NCBI RefSeq assembly: GCF_006345805.1
Contig: NC_043012.1
Location: 31,744,001-31,808,000 of the forward strand
DNA from: Octopus sinensis
Taxonomy: Eukaryota
Direction: 5' to 3'
Length of the DNA: 64,000 nt
Position 1 is the stretch's first letter. Every line of letters begins with the position of its first letter. Shown here one piece after another: positions 48,436 to 61,548 of the stretch. The notes under the pieces were generated by a model. It was not told the origin of the DNA, searched no databases, and saw nothing but the letters and a program-made list of their open reading frames with translations. A program made the translations under genes and the position numbers.

Positions 48436-49774
48436 CGGCTGATGCTGTTTGTGATGATGATGAAGAAAAGGGGGACGAAGGGAGGGAGGTTGATGAAGAT
48501 ACCGGTGACGAGGAGTATATTATGGGATGAAGTATCCACATTTTGTCTGGTGTAAAAATGATCTTCCACCCCTATATTATACTGAATATATGTACCCTAC
48601 CTAACATGTCATATATTGTTTACTTTGTGGAAACAATTACTCATACTGATACAAATATAAATGCATTCAGTCATACATATATGCATACAATCATGCATAT
48701 ATACTAACGTCCATAGAGACACACATATCGCCTGGGTTAATGTCGCTGTTATATAAGCAACCATTCTTCGCCATAAGATTTTCATCTGTAAGAGTACTCC
48801 AGTAGAGGGCCAGTAGAATTGAGTTATGAGATCAATAAAAGCAAGTCACAGTTGTCCTGTAAATTCCCGTTCTTCTACTTAATTACTAATTGAATATTTT
48901 GACATTTAGAACACAATGAAATAGGGGCATTAGAGGGAAAACAAGTGCTTAATTTCAGAATAAAATGATGACAATGACAATTTAGAACAATAACGTAAAC
49001 TGATCCAGCCACAAGTCTGATAAATATTTTCACCTGATATGAAGCCTACGGCAATGCCTCACATCGGGTGAAAATATTAAATATAAATGTGGCGCGATTT
49101 CTATTTAAACTGTTAAGATGGTTGGTGAAGCAGAATATTGACAAAACTGAAAATACGTATATTTTAAATAAATACGTTATTAAACACGCATAGAAATAGT
49201 ATATCAGTAGCTGAAATTTGGTTTTTAAGTTCTGCAATAAAATTCTACATAAAAGAAAATGATTGAATTAAGATGAAGATGTATTTCTACAATTAGCCAA
49301 CAAGGCATCTTAACATTAATCATCAGAAAAAAAATGCAGAATATTCGGAAATGAAATATACAATAGTTGAATGAGAAAAATAACATTTGAGAAGAATAGA
49401 ATATTTTTTTTATTTCTAAACCTTGCGTAAATTTCTAAACATTGCATAAATTTTAAGTATAATTGAGACTCAAGAGAAGAGAACCAAATAATGAATTTCC
49501 GTTAATGGTTTTAGAATGCAAATTAATTTGACGAGTAATTAAGCTTTATGGATCACCTTTTGTATAACGTCATTAAAAGGCGATAGATTCTGTCTTTCAA
49601 CTGTTTTCCAGCCCATTATTTTTATATTACATGATTGTCTAAAAATATGAATACACATAATCCTCAGTCTCAGAGAAATCTAAGTAACCAATATAGAAAG
49701 CTAGTATATATACATTGCAAAAACAATGGTAAGCAATTGTGTACGCTCACTCATACAAACACATACCTTGCACA

Positions 49775-49833
<59 letters not shown>

Positions 49834-50211
49834 AACGTTTCTGTATAGTTGTTTGTTATGGCCGGTCAGACAGTGACCATTGGTTTTGCACCTATAAAAC
49901 ACTTAGCTGTATAGGCAACCCGCCCGTCTTAAATTGCCGGAGGCACAATTTTTCTGCAACTGGAGAGAGAAAAACGTCAGTTGATTTTATAAAGAAAATA
50001 AAACACCGGAACAAAACTGTATTGGTAAAGTCTTGGGCTGGGCGGAGTTACCCCTTTTACATCTGTTCCAGTTGTATCCACAACGATTTTTGAAGTTAGT
50101 AGCGTTTTCTTAGTCGGCAAACGGAGAATTCCATTTTTGCAACAGGATGAGGGTATTTAGTAAACACCACTTTTTCGGAAATTAAAAATGCATCCGGATC
50201 AAATGAGTTTT

Positions 50212-50796
50212 TCAGGATCTTTGCTCATTCAGCCAAACAAAGCTTAAATCGTTTGCTCTCGTTGAGATATTTAACTCCAGTCGTTCAAGGAGTCTCCATT
50301 TAATTATGTGTGGTGTACTCTCGTCTTTTAACAGCCATGCGTAGCTGGGCAGGGACGGGATGTTGCGCCTGTCTGGTATCTTAATGGCGGACTTGAGGTT
50401 ACTCAGACGCTGCTTGAGCGGGCCGGCTGTAGACTCGACTGATTTTCGTATCAGTGCTCTTGCGCTAGTGGTGTTACAGCTGTCGTTAGCGCTGCTGATG
50501 TTGTTCTTACAGTTGGGCCTACTGCTGGTGTTGTCGTTGTTGTTGCTGCTATTGCTACTGCTGGTGCCGATGCTGCTGTTGTAACTATTGGTATTGTTGC
50601 GGTGGCTACCCCAGCTGCTGGACGGGCAGCTGGCGTAACCACCGCCGCTGCCATTGCAATCACTGCCGCTCTTGGTATCGTCGGTTGTGTTGTTGGTGCC
50701 GTTGCTGTTGTCGATGCCACTACGGTCGACAATACCGGTCATCACCTCACTCACACTCTCGGTGTCGCATCGCCACTCCACCCCAACCCTAGACAT
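50212..50796 (-). CDS. 194-aa ORF: S/N/T/G low-complexity N-terminal part and a unique C-terminal 80 aa; probable exon or small gene of unknown product
   Basis: A GC-rich island in AT-rich DNA with C/G-ending codons in the non-repetitive part (IKIPDRRNIPSLPSYAWLLKDESTPHIIKWRLLERLE). No family recognised; TAA TGA immediately precede the ATG. Confidence 0.55.
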   Translation of the reverse strand: MSRVGVEWRCDTESVSEVMTGIVDRSGIDNSNGTNNTTDDTKSGSDCNGSGGGYASCPSSSWGSHRNNTNSYNSSIGTSSSNSSNNNDNTSSRPNCKNNISSANDSCNTTSARALIRKSVESTAGPLKQRLSNLKSAIKIPDRRNIPSLPSYAWLLKDESTPHIIKWRLLERLELNISTRANDLSFVWLNEQRS

Positions 50797-51669
50797 TCAT
50801 TATAGGGCCTACATGAGCATCCTGTCTCTACTCGTGGCTTAGGGGTCCTCATTAACATGTTTTTAACACTGGACATACAATTGAAAGGGATCCTCCAATT
50901 GTAGAGAGGTGTTCATATAATTAATTGAAAAATATATATAACAAAATCAATCTCATTTGAACGATGGTGGTAAAAACATAGAACAAAACAAAATATAAAG
51001 AATTTAGAAAGCACTTTTGCCATACAGTGGAGGAAGTGTGACATCAGAAATTAAATGAGATCAATTACAATAATATGGACATCTTGAGTGTTTCCTTACC
51101 TCTCGCATTGACATTTACGTTTATGATATTATTGTTTGTAACTTATATGGTTCTGCTTGAGTACCAGGGAACCCGTCAACTTGTTTGGAGGAATGAAATT
51201 TATATCGTATACGCGAAGTATTCAGAGGAGTTCAACAGGGATTAATTGTATTCCACCCGAAGAAGCGCCCACAAACGGTTATTGCTGAACAGCATTCAAC
51301 TGTATAAAAATTAGGAAGAGCGTTCTATATCGGGATTTGAATATAAACTCAGCAATTTAAAGCTGGTGTGCGGCGCACAAAAATATTTTGTCATGTTCTA
51401 TTAAAAGCTCTTATCCTCCATCATCGTGTTATATTATTTGGGCATTAATCTTATGTAAAGAGGAGATTGCATGTCTATCCAGTACTGGAATATACCCTAC
51501 TTTTGGATATTATGTGGTAGCCAAATGATATAAGAGCTCTTAAATGCCCGCTACGCGGTTTTCACCCGATTTATACGATATATACTTGTACATAGACACA
51601 CACATACACAGGCGCGTGCACACACGGACACACACACACGCGCGCTCATACACACACATATACACACAA

Positions 51670-51730
<61 letters not shown>

Positions 51731-52068
51731 TATTTGTATGCTTATTCCTAATCGTCAATGCGTTAGAATCGTCTACAGAATTTATATACGTTACCATGAT
51801 TTCCAATATTTGCACCTTTCATATCTCTTCGTCTCGCTTTGATATCGCTGACTCAATAAAATCACCTGACATTTATGTTCCACCTAAAACATTCGAGAAG
51901 AACGATCGATAAATCTCCAAACGAACATTTCCGAATCGTTTCCTTAAAACTAAAGGTCCGACACTGACAAGTGGTATTTCAGAACATATGTTCATATATA
52001 CGTACACTCAAACACACGCAATGACAGATACGTGCATACACACGCTCGCACACACATGCAAACACACA

Positions 52069-52151
<83 letters not shown>

Positions 52152-53091
52152 GCACAAATACACACACACATGTACAAATATTAACCGCTTCTCATGCCTT
52201 CCTTTTCTCTTCCTCCCAGACATTGTACATGTGTATGTATGTGTATGAATATATATATATATATATAAATAAACATATATACACACATATATATATATGT
52301 ATATATATGTGTGTGTGTGTGTGTGAGTTATTGCGTGCTTTCGGACGCATCCGCGCACCGTGCTATAATAGGCAAGTTATATTATAGGACTATATATTGT
52401 TATACAAAAGCAATAAACTTCAGTTTCCATTGATGGGATTGTAGAAGATCGGATAAATATCACTTATAAGTCATAGAATAAATAATCCGAAGCATCACAA
52501 ATATGACAAGGTTTTGGAACTTTCGAGGTTTTCTTGTATTATTTTTTGTTTTATAGACGTTTTTCAATTATTGTTATTGTATCAATACAATGCATTTAAT
52601 TTGCCATATGTGTAGTTCATAACGCAACCACTAAATGTGACCTGAGCAAAATGGCCGAGTTGGCGGCACGTTTCATATTAAAGAAATTGACCTGCGATCG
52701 AAACTCGAATTAAAATTTTACCATACATTCAAAATAGCATAAACAAGTATTACAAATTTGTACTCAGAATAATGTAGCTTTGAGCAAAAATGATAGCATT
52801 TATCTATTTATCCATACGTCTCTATATCTATCCATCTACAGTATACATGCATAAATATCATTGTTACTTAAATAAAAAAAATCTTGATATACAAACACCT
52901 AAGGATGGGTAAAACGGTAGATGAAGGCTAGCGGTTGAAATTAACAACCATATTGTTCTGTACTACGGACACAGCATCAAAGATCGCTTGGCAGGTTTTG
53001 AAAGAGGTTTCATAGAAACAACAGCCCTCTTATAGTCAGCGGCTGTAAACTACAACTCGCTGAGTACAAAGGTACTCACATCTCTGTAGAG

Positions 53092-53310
53092 CAGTGGTTT
53101 TCAACCAGGGTTCCTCGGAACCTTAGGGTTCCGCCAGTACAGTCCGGGGGTTCCGCAAGAAGTTACAAAACTGCTAAAATCGGCAGTAATTTTTAATTCT
53201 CCTGTGCAGAGATGTGTGCATAAGACTATTAAATTATTGCACAGGGGTTCCTCGAGCCAGTGGAATGCTTCCTTGGGGTTCCGCACCAGCAAAAAGTTTG
53301 AAAACCACTG
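53092..53310. mobile_element. hAT (Buster/Charlie-like) MITE
   Basis: TIRs CAGTGGTTTTCAA and TTGAAAACCACTG; perfect 8-bp TSD ctgTAgag at 53084-53091 and 53311-53318. Confidence 0.93.
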
Positions 53311-53704
53311 CTGTAGAGTATAGTTTCATTAAGCCTAATTTTCTGTATTTGACTTCACTGGTCCTGATACAACCACAATACATTCTTACGCCCCTTTCAT
53401 ATATATATTTCAACTTTACCGCAATCACCACTCAATATCTAATATCCCAAATCTCCAATAGATTGTCTTATTTCATTGCAAATAAACAAATATTCAGTCG
53501 CTTCACCTTACTAGAACGATGCTATACCTTCTAGTGGCTGCTGCAAAGAAATATATTCAGTATAGAACCACACTCAGATCGCGAACAAGCAGTGAATGAT
53601 GCATTACATGGTACACACGTCACTTACAGTGTCCCCTATCCTCCTGTGTAGGCCAAAACTCCTGGGTCAAACTCTCGTACTGTACTACTTCTATGCCCCT
53701 CTGT

Positions 53705-54515
53705 CAACCCGGAGAGTCAGTGTGGTCGTAGCAATGTGGACATGATTTTTTCCTGCTCGCCAACTCCAGAAGAATGCATCGAGCATCGCAAGGCTCTTTC
53801 CCAGGTATTTGTCGATATAACAAAAGCCTTTGAGACTGTTAATAGGACTGTTTTCTGGACCATTCTGGGTAAACTTAGATGTCCACCTCGATTTGTCAAC
53901 TTGTTTAAGTTGGGCACCTTGCTAGGATGCAGGATGACAGGTTACTAAAGCATTTTAAGGCGGCGAGCTGGCAGAAACGTTAGCACGCCGGGCGAAATGC
54001 TTAACGGTATTTCGCTCATCGCCACGTTCTGAGTTCAAATTCCGCCGAAGTCGACTTTGCCTTTCATCCTTTCGGGGTTGATTAATTAAGTACCAGGGGT
54101 CGATATAATCGACTTAATCTGTTTGTATGTCATTGTTTGTCCTCTCTGTGTTTAGCCACTTGTGGGTAGTAAAGAAATAGATTGCCAAAGCATTTGTTTT
54201 ACGTGGAGTTGCAGCGTGGCAAATGTCTGAGACACAAACCTAAGAAATATTTTAGGGATGCTGTCAAAAGCAACCTTAAGGCTCTTAATGTGAAAGTTGA
54301 AGACTAGGAGCCGATGACGCCAGATCGACCGGTTTGGAGACAAATGATCTACAATAGATGTAAAGCAATTGAAGCTCGAAGAATTGAACAATCTATCTTG
54401 AAGCGAGCACTTCGTAGGCAGGACTTAACTACGATCCCAGACATTTCTGCTTAAAAAGATTTGTAAGATTTGCCGTAGAGTTTGTAAGATCTGCTAGTCA
54501 TAAAGATCTCATGGC
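53705..54515 (+). mobile_element. Internally deleted RTE LINE interrupted by a SINE B
   Basis: PESQC..DMIFS..FVDITKAFETVNR..LWTILGKL fused to LGHLARMQDDRL(P)K; resumes after the SINE as LPKHLFYVEL..FRDAVKSNLK..DRPVWR. Confidence 0.85.
53958..54180 (+). mobile_element. SINE family B, full length, with a 14-bp TSD (2 mismatches)
   Basis: ttactaaagcattt at 53942-53955 and ttgccaaagcattt at 54182-54195. Confidence 0.92.
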
Positions 54516-54568
54516 CATATTTATTAATTAAAGAGATGGCTTTCTTCTGTAAACAAGTGGCAATCGTC

Positions 54569-54643
<75 letters not shown>

Positions 54644-54741
54644 ACTTGTTTTATTTATATTTCCTGAGCGCCATACTAATACAATTGTTCGTTTGTTTTC
54701 CACCTGCCTTCGTCTTTTGTTTATTTTCATAAAGCTCCCCG

Positions 54742-54795
<54 letters not shown>

Positions 54796-54834
54796 GAGTT
54801 TTCTATCCTCAGTCGAGTTCCAGATTTCGGCTGG

Positions 54835-54900
<66 letters not shown>

Positions 54901-57898
54901 ATGTATGTATGTATGTATGTATGTATGTATGTATGTATGTATATGGATACATAAATACACACACACCCATATATATATTCACAGAGAGAGGACGAGAGGG
55001 CGGGAGACAGAGTGAGAGAGAATGAGAGACTGTGAGAGAGAGGGGGAGAGAATAACAATAGCGATGAATTGAATTAATTAAATAGGTTTTTTTAAGTAAT
55101 TTTTCTTCGGAATGTAAACAGTTTTCGTTTATGAAGAATTACTGAATATCTCTTTCAAAAGTAGCTCCAGAAGGCATATTGAAAGTAAACGATAGTTATT
55201 AAAAGTGAAGCAAAAATGTCAATAAAAGCGGAAATCCGGTTAATCCATTTAGTGCAAGAAAATTAGGATCAACTAAAGAAAATTATAATCACCACAAAAA
55301 CAAATAATTAAATAGACACCTGCACGAGACCAGATGTGCATATTACACAATAATGTATAAAGGAGGACTCATTTATATGTACTAGTCCCCTCTATACATT
55401 ATCGTGTCATATACACATTTGATAATGTCTAGCATTAAAATGTGGCTCTCATAAGGATTGTTAATCATAATAGGATAAATACAGTAATTGATCAAGCAAT
55501 AAATATAGTAATTGACCAAAGTAAGCTTATAATAATACTAACAATAAGAAATTAATCTCACGGACTAAGACAGTAATACAAAAACATTGGTAAGAATAAA
55601 ATATTGGTTACACGTAAACCTGAAACAATTGCAACTATAACTATGAATATAACTACGAATAAGGGATCTATTTGCATTATAGTTTTAGGTGTTGCATATA
55701 AAGATCGTATTATAATTGGAAAATCTACTGTATATCGAATTTTCCCACTTGGTTGTAAGCTAATTACAAACAGCATGGACATGAGACAGCGAACTGGTAT
55801 TTAAGGGAAGTCAATTCTGAAACCATGCCGGGACGGGAATTAAGAATCCGTAAAAACAATGAAAGAATAGTATGTTTTAATGTAAAGCATCCCAAGAAAC
55901 CGAAAAGTGTTTCTTATATACAGTAAATATAGATAAAATCTAACCTCCCTCGCATGCGCCGCCACTGCAAAACGTGCGTGAAAGTGTAAACACGTGGACT
56001 GCAATACCTCTATACCAAAACTGTGAACCTGTGAGTAAACTTTTAATCACATGTGCATTCATATCTCTACGAATCCTATATATGAACATTGCTAATTCTC
56101 GGTTGCTCGCTTATACGTCATTGATAATTATAAACTTTGTACTACCCACACACGGACGGGTACATAACAAACATCGCAAGTACGATATTTAAACATCTTT
56201 AACCAAAGCGACAACAAGCGTTATTCGTCTGAACTTGAAAAGAACAATTATGATCAGAGTTCGCAGGAAAAGACTATAAATAGAGGAAGAAGAATAAAGG
56301 AGCACTTAGTGAGCCTCAAGCAATCACTATATGAAGGAAACATTACCTTACCCCAGTTTATGAGAGACAAAAGTTTGCCCAGAAATAATGAAGCTAACAG
56401 CGAAAATGAGGCTGGTATTTAAGGGAAGGCCCCTCGCTCAGACTGACCACAGCTGTTATCCTAAGACAGCATCAGCAGATAATAGAGTAAGGAGAATGAA
56501 GGATCAGCGAAGAAAACGGGATACTGATGTAGAGCTACTTAGAAAGTGAACCTAAAAGAAGGGGTTAAAAGAATGGATGTTAGCACTTTGGGTAGAGAAG
56601 GGTATGTTTAAAGTGACTGAGCTGAGACTAGTACACAGCCACGTAACCAGCCGATTGCAACAGGGTGGGGCTATCTTGATTGCTGGTGGTGCTGAACAGA
56701 ACTCTAAAAACTGTACTGTTTATAAAAGTTGATTATGTCTTTCAAGAAAATTCACAACCCGAAATTATAAAATCAGGTTACTTTTATTTAATACAACTGC
56801 AATCTACGGCAACACAGTGCAAAAAAAAAAGGAAGAAAATTAAGGAAACCGTCTTTGTCTATACTTGACCTTAAAAAATAAGTAAAGAAGTCGTTTTATT
56901 GACTAAAACAATTTGCAAGCAGTGTCTCAACATGGCTGCAGTCCAATGAGTGGGAAAGTTAAAAGGTAAAAGTTAATCAACTTGGTGAAATGATGGAGAT
57001 GCATTCCAGTTCTGTACCTTTCATTCTCAATTACTAATATAGTGAAAAAATAACGATACCTTTGTTGCCTGTAACAATATTATTAATGGAAGTAATAATT
57101 GCTGATATTTAAATAGCATTATATACTTTCTAGGCCAGAAAATGAGCAAAACGACTTGGCCTCTATTACTATATCGTATAAGATACCACGTAACGATATT
57201 TAAACTGATGAAAAATTAAATAAGTTCTAAATGAATCTATAGTTAGTGTGGGTTTAATAGAAACTGTCTTCAAAAAGGTAGTATATACGTGTTATATCTT
57301 GTCTCATAATGGAAATAGACTCGAACTTTTTCAAAATTAGTTATTCAACATGTAAGCGAATCGTAAATTAAAACTTTCCACTTCATCAACAAAACTATGG
57401 AGTTTGAAATCGAAAGTCATGAAGTTTAAATTCGAATGTACTATTATTAATGCAGGAAAATGTTATGGAGTTGATACACATGGCTGTGCGCGAGGGTGGC
57501 CCTTGAGATCTTGTTAGCAGATAATTTAATAAACAAAATGAACAAAGTATTAATTCATTGTATCATTACGACGCATCTTTTAGATATTATACGACTAGGG
57601 GTTAATATATTAAGAATTACAAAATAATCCATTCTACAAGGCAATTAAATTGCATTAGTATAACTCTAGTGAATAACATCTTCCATATTGGTGCAACAAT
57701 ACATTACTTCGAATAGGTTAACATTACATAAAAGTGACGTAGTGTATTTCATTTATTCCTCATGTCCCTGAAACACGATTAAAAGATATGTTGGTGCGTA
57801 TGCATGAATATTTTAAATTACGAATATTGTTCAACATCAGTTATAATATTTAACCTCATTTTGTTAATATGTAGCTATATCTACGTATCTCTATGGAC

Positions 57899-58070
57899 CG
57901 TATCAGGACAATTATCCCACTAGGGCAATTACCGCCCCCATAGGACAATTGCCCCCGACGACAACTAACCCTTAGGAACATATACTTCCTTGGTTAATTA
58001 CCTCTTCTCCAATATATTAAGAAGTTTTAAATCATCATTTGTTGTCCTCAGGGGTAATTGTTCGAGACTC
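57899..58070. mobile_element. Small DNA-transposon derivative with ggacaatt(a/g)ccc subterminal repeats
   Basis: 8-bp direct repeat ctatggac at 57891-57898 and 58071-58078; imperfect TIRs. Confidence 0.65.
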
Positions 58071-58261
58071 CTATGGACAAGCTGAACGATGTATAGTTAC
58101 ATGTATGAGAACATATTTTCAGTTAAATTCGTGTTTATGTGTGCATATATACGTATATAAACACATACATATATGTGTGTGACTGGGTGTAAATGTAAGC
58201 GTAAATGTATGTGCGATTTTGCATGTACGACTTACTGTATATGTGCATGTATTTGTATATA

Positions 58262-58690
58262 TGCGAATATATATATATTATATAAAATCCGTTCTATGTG
58301 TGTATGTGCGTGTCTTCTAGGATGTCGGGCATTCTCCATCCGATTGCGCTCAAATTTGATATGTAGATATCGATGGTATCAGGGCATATATAAGTCTTGA
58401 AAAAATTACAAAAATCGATTCCAGGTGAGAATGCGATCGATAAAGCCGTGGGAACGTGCATTTTACGCCCATGTACATCAGCACCATCCATTGGAGAGGG
58501 GGGACGTTTTGCTCGTAGGTAGATATATATATATCTACCTATCTATATATATATACTTGGTAAATAATAAAGGATTACTATATACACATACAGAAATATA
58601 TAATTTACAATAGTACATGTTTACTGTCGACTTCGGGTAACGTATGCACAATGATATAAAGTAACCGGCCAGAGTCGGCTGCAGCATAGT
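58262..58690 (+). mobile_element. Possible old Helitron-type non-autonomous element
   Basis: Start tatataaaatccgttct(gt)n, internal ccgattgcgctcaaatttg, and a degenerate 3' hairpin ccggccagagtcgg followed by catagt. Confidence 0.3.
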
Positions 58691-58694
58691 TGTA

Positions 58695-59150
58695 CATATG
58701 TGCACCAACGAATTTCTTGCTTCATAACTTTCAGAAAAATAGATAGATTTTAATGAAATTTTCTATAAATATACTTCACATGGTGTTGATTCTCATTGTT
58801 TTGAAATAATTTTTCGAACAAAAAAAAAGAAAAAATGAAGTGTGGTGTGTACCTGTATGTATTTTTGCCATCCATCAATTTTGTTATTCGCATGTTAAAT
58901 TCCAATATAATCGTAATCTTGGCATGCGCAAAGGTATTTGTCGAAATCTACATTTAAAAAATTCCTATTTTACCGGAAGTTATGAGGAAACAAACCTGAA
59001 TTGTATGAAGTTTCTGAAAGTCCTCTTTCCACCCAGACGTAACCAGAATCTACATCATCTAAAGCATATTTGTAGAAAATTTCATTAAACATTATCCATT
59101 TTTCTGGAAGTTATGAGGACACAAATTCTGTGGAGCACAATTGTGTATGT
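58695..59150. mobile_element. Old MITE with about 85-bp imperfect TIRs
   Basis: cataactttcagaaaaat..ttaatgaaattttcta is inverted at 59060-59150. Confidence 0.55.
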
Positions 59151-59195
59151 AAGCCCATTGCTTTAGCATAGATAATACTAAGATTACATTGCTAT

Positions 59196-59506
59196 TATCG
59201 CGTGATCACGTGACCGACCAGGCCATCAGATGTTGCTACACATCGCTGGTCACAACGCGCCTCGCATTGTTTTGGCCTTCAAATGACGCCACCCCGCCGG
59301 CTAAGCGAGCAGGCCAACAGAAGAAAGAGTGAGAGAAAACTGTGGTGAAAGAGTACAGCAGGGATCACCCCCACGCCCTGCCGGAGCGTCGTGGAGCTTT
59401 TGGTGTTTTCGCTCAAAAAACACTCACAACGCCCGGTGTCGTAATCGAAACCGCGATCCTACGACCACGAGTCCGCTGCCCTATCCACTGGGCCATTGCG
59501 CCCCCA
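59196..59506 (-). mobile_element. SINE family D, tail type 3
   Basis: D head and shared domain, then ctgttggcctgctcgcttagcc...ggtcacgtgatcacgcgata. Confidence 0.85.
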
Positions 59507-60840
59507 CGCATTGCTATTATATACTTATATATTATCGTGCTGCGTAGCGCTTTTATTTTATATGCAACAATATAAAATTATATAAATGTGTGTTATATAT
59601 AAACAAAGAATATACTTCTTTTGTTCAGTTTGCATCAAAAGCATGACAATAATGTGAATGAAATGGACTCAAAGGACGATATTATATTTTGTGACGAACA
59701 CTAACTGTATTAAAAAATCATCGCATTAATATGCCTCCTTGCTTCATAAATGCAAGTTCTTTTTACCAGAATTGCATTTCATCTTGTAACTTTCCTTTAC
59801 TTTTTGGAGCTTAATTCATGTTGTATGACTTGCCAGCATTACTCCCACATGCATGGTATATGTATACTTATGTACTTACACCATAGGAATATATGATAGA
59901 ATGATATCAAACCTATTTAAAACATGATGTCTTTAAGATAGCGTGTTCGTACACATTATACAACAACGTGGTATATGGAATAATATTAGTTCGGCTTATG
60001 CCGTTTCATATTCTGTGATATATTTAATGATGTTAAACATGTTTTTTCGAACATCCAATCATATGCCTTTATTAAAAGTGCCCTGAATCAAATTACAAAT
60101 GCATTGTTTCTTTAGTTGGTTTTGGCATAATTTATGGCTCAACTCATATCTAAATCTAATGACCCTTCCGTTGGGTAAGAGCGTTAAGGTGACGCCACGT
60201 TAAAGATATCAATTAAAATTAAATTGAAAAGTTGATAATATGAAATAGGGTTACGATAAATTTAATTACAAAGATGGAATACGATTGAATGAAATATAAT
60301 TGCGTGTCCATATATAGATAGAAACACGCAAATTTTGGCGAAATTCGTGGAAAATATGTAGTATAAGATATAAATTGAAAAATTCGAGATAAATTAAATT
60401 GCAAAAATTGAATAATATTGAATAAAATACGAATGCATGCTCGCATATTGAATGCGGCATATAAATATTTAACGAAATTCTTTAAATTGATTATAAGGTG
60501 TAAAATTGATATTATCAAAATAAACCCACACTCACCCAAAGAAATTATTATTGTAAAAATATAGGGCTAAAATATATTATTCAGTGCATTCATCCATATA
60601 CACGTGCATGCGTACGTACACATAAATAAGTTCACACATGCATACGCACACGCTGGTAAAAAATGTACACGATCACGCATGCAAAAGGCACACACACATA
60701 CACAAACGTGCGTTCTTGTACTTCGAAAGATCTCCACATAGAACGAAACTATAATGAATAAGGAACACATAAGCCATACTAAACACCCAAAGCCTAAGCA
60801 AGTTGCATTAATAACTGTACGCGTAATCCAGTGATAGTGT

Positions 60841-61084
60841 TGGGGCGCGTGGCTTAGTGGTTAGGGTGTCAGCATCATGATCGTAAGATTGTGGTTTCGA
60901 TTTCAGGACCGGGCGACGCGATGTGTTCTTGAGCAAAACACTTCATTTCACGTTGCTCCAGGTCACTCAGCTGAGTAACGCTGCGATGGACTGGCGTCCC
61001 GTCTAACTGGGGAACACATACGCCTTAGAAACCGGGAAACCGGGCCCATGAACTTGGCTAGGCTTTAAAAGGGTGCATTTATTT
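60841..61084 (+). mobile_element. SINE family C, full length
   Basis: Homologous to 20724-20972. Confidence 0.9.
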
Positions 61085-61517
61085 TAATCCATTGAGGGTG
61101 TTAACTTCTATGTAACAAAATGAAACATGAAATATATATATATATATATAAAGTTAACAATCACAAATAGTATTCAGGCAAAAGGAGAGGGCAACATACA
61201 TCAAACTGTATTTGAGTCACAGCAGGATTGTTAACTTGAGAATTAAAGTGATTGCAGGAAGGAATGCAAGATGGAAAATAACGATAAAATCGAAAAATAG
61301 ATAACGGAAAATGGTGTATAAAAACGAATATTATTATATATATATGAATATAATATAAATAATATATAAATATATGCATATAAACATACATATGTACATA
61401 CCTACGTATATATATGTATATATACCTGCACATGTGGGTACAGGACAAAAAAAAACCGTTCAACATAATGAGAAACGAAAGCTTAAAAACAAAAACATAG
61501 AAAACGAACATTTTTCA

Positions 61518-61548
<31 letters not shown>

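Noticed and set aside
50280-50345. Resemblance of LLKDESTPHIIKW to ETS/HSF helix 1 or to SMAD MH1 (PHVIYCR)
   Set aside because: The diagnostic residues that should follow are absent, so no gene symbol was assigned.
50360-50842. Leu/Val/Ala-rich plus-strand ORFs and the T/A-rich alternative minus frame
   Set aside because: These are antisense or shifted readings of the AGC/AAC-rich 194-aa ORF; only that frame stays open through the non-repetitive part.
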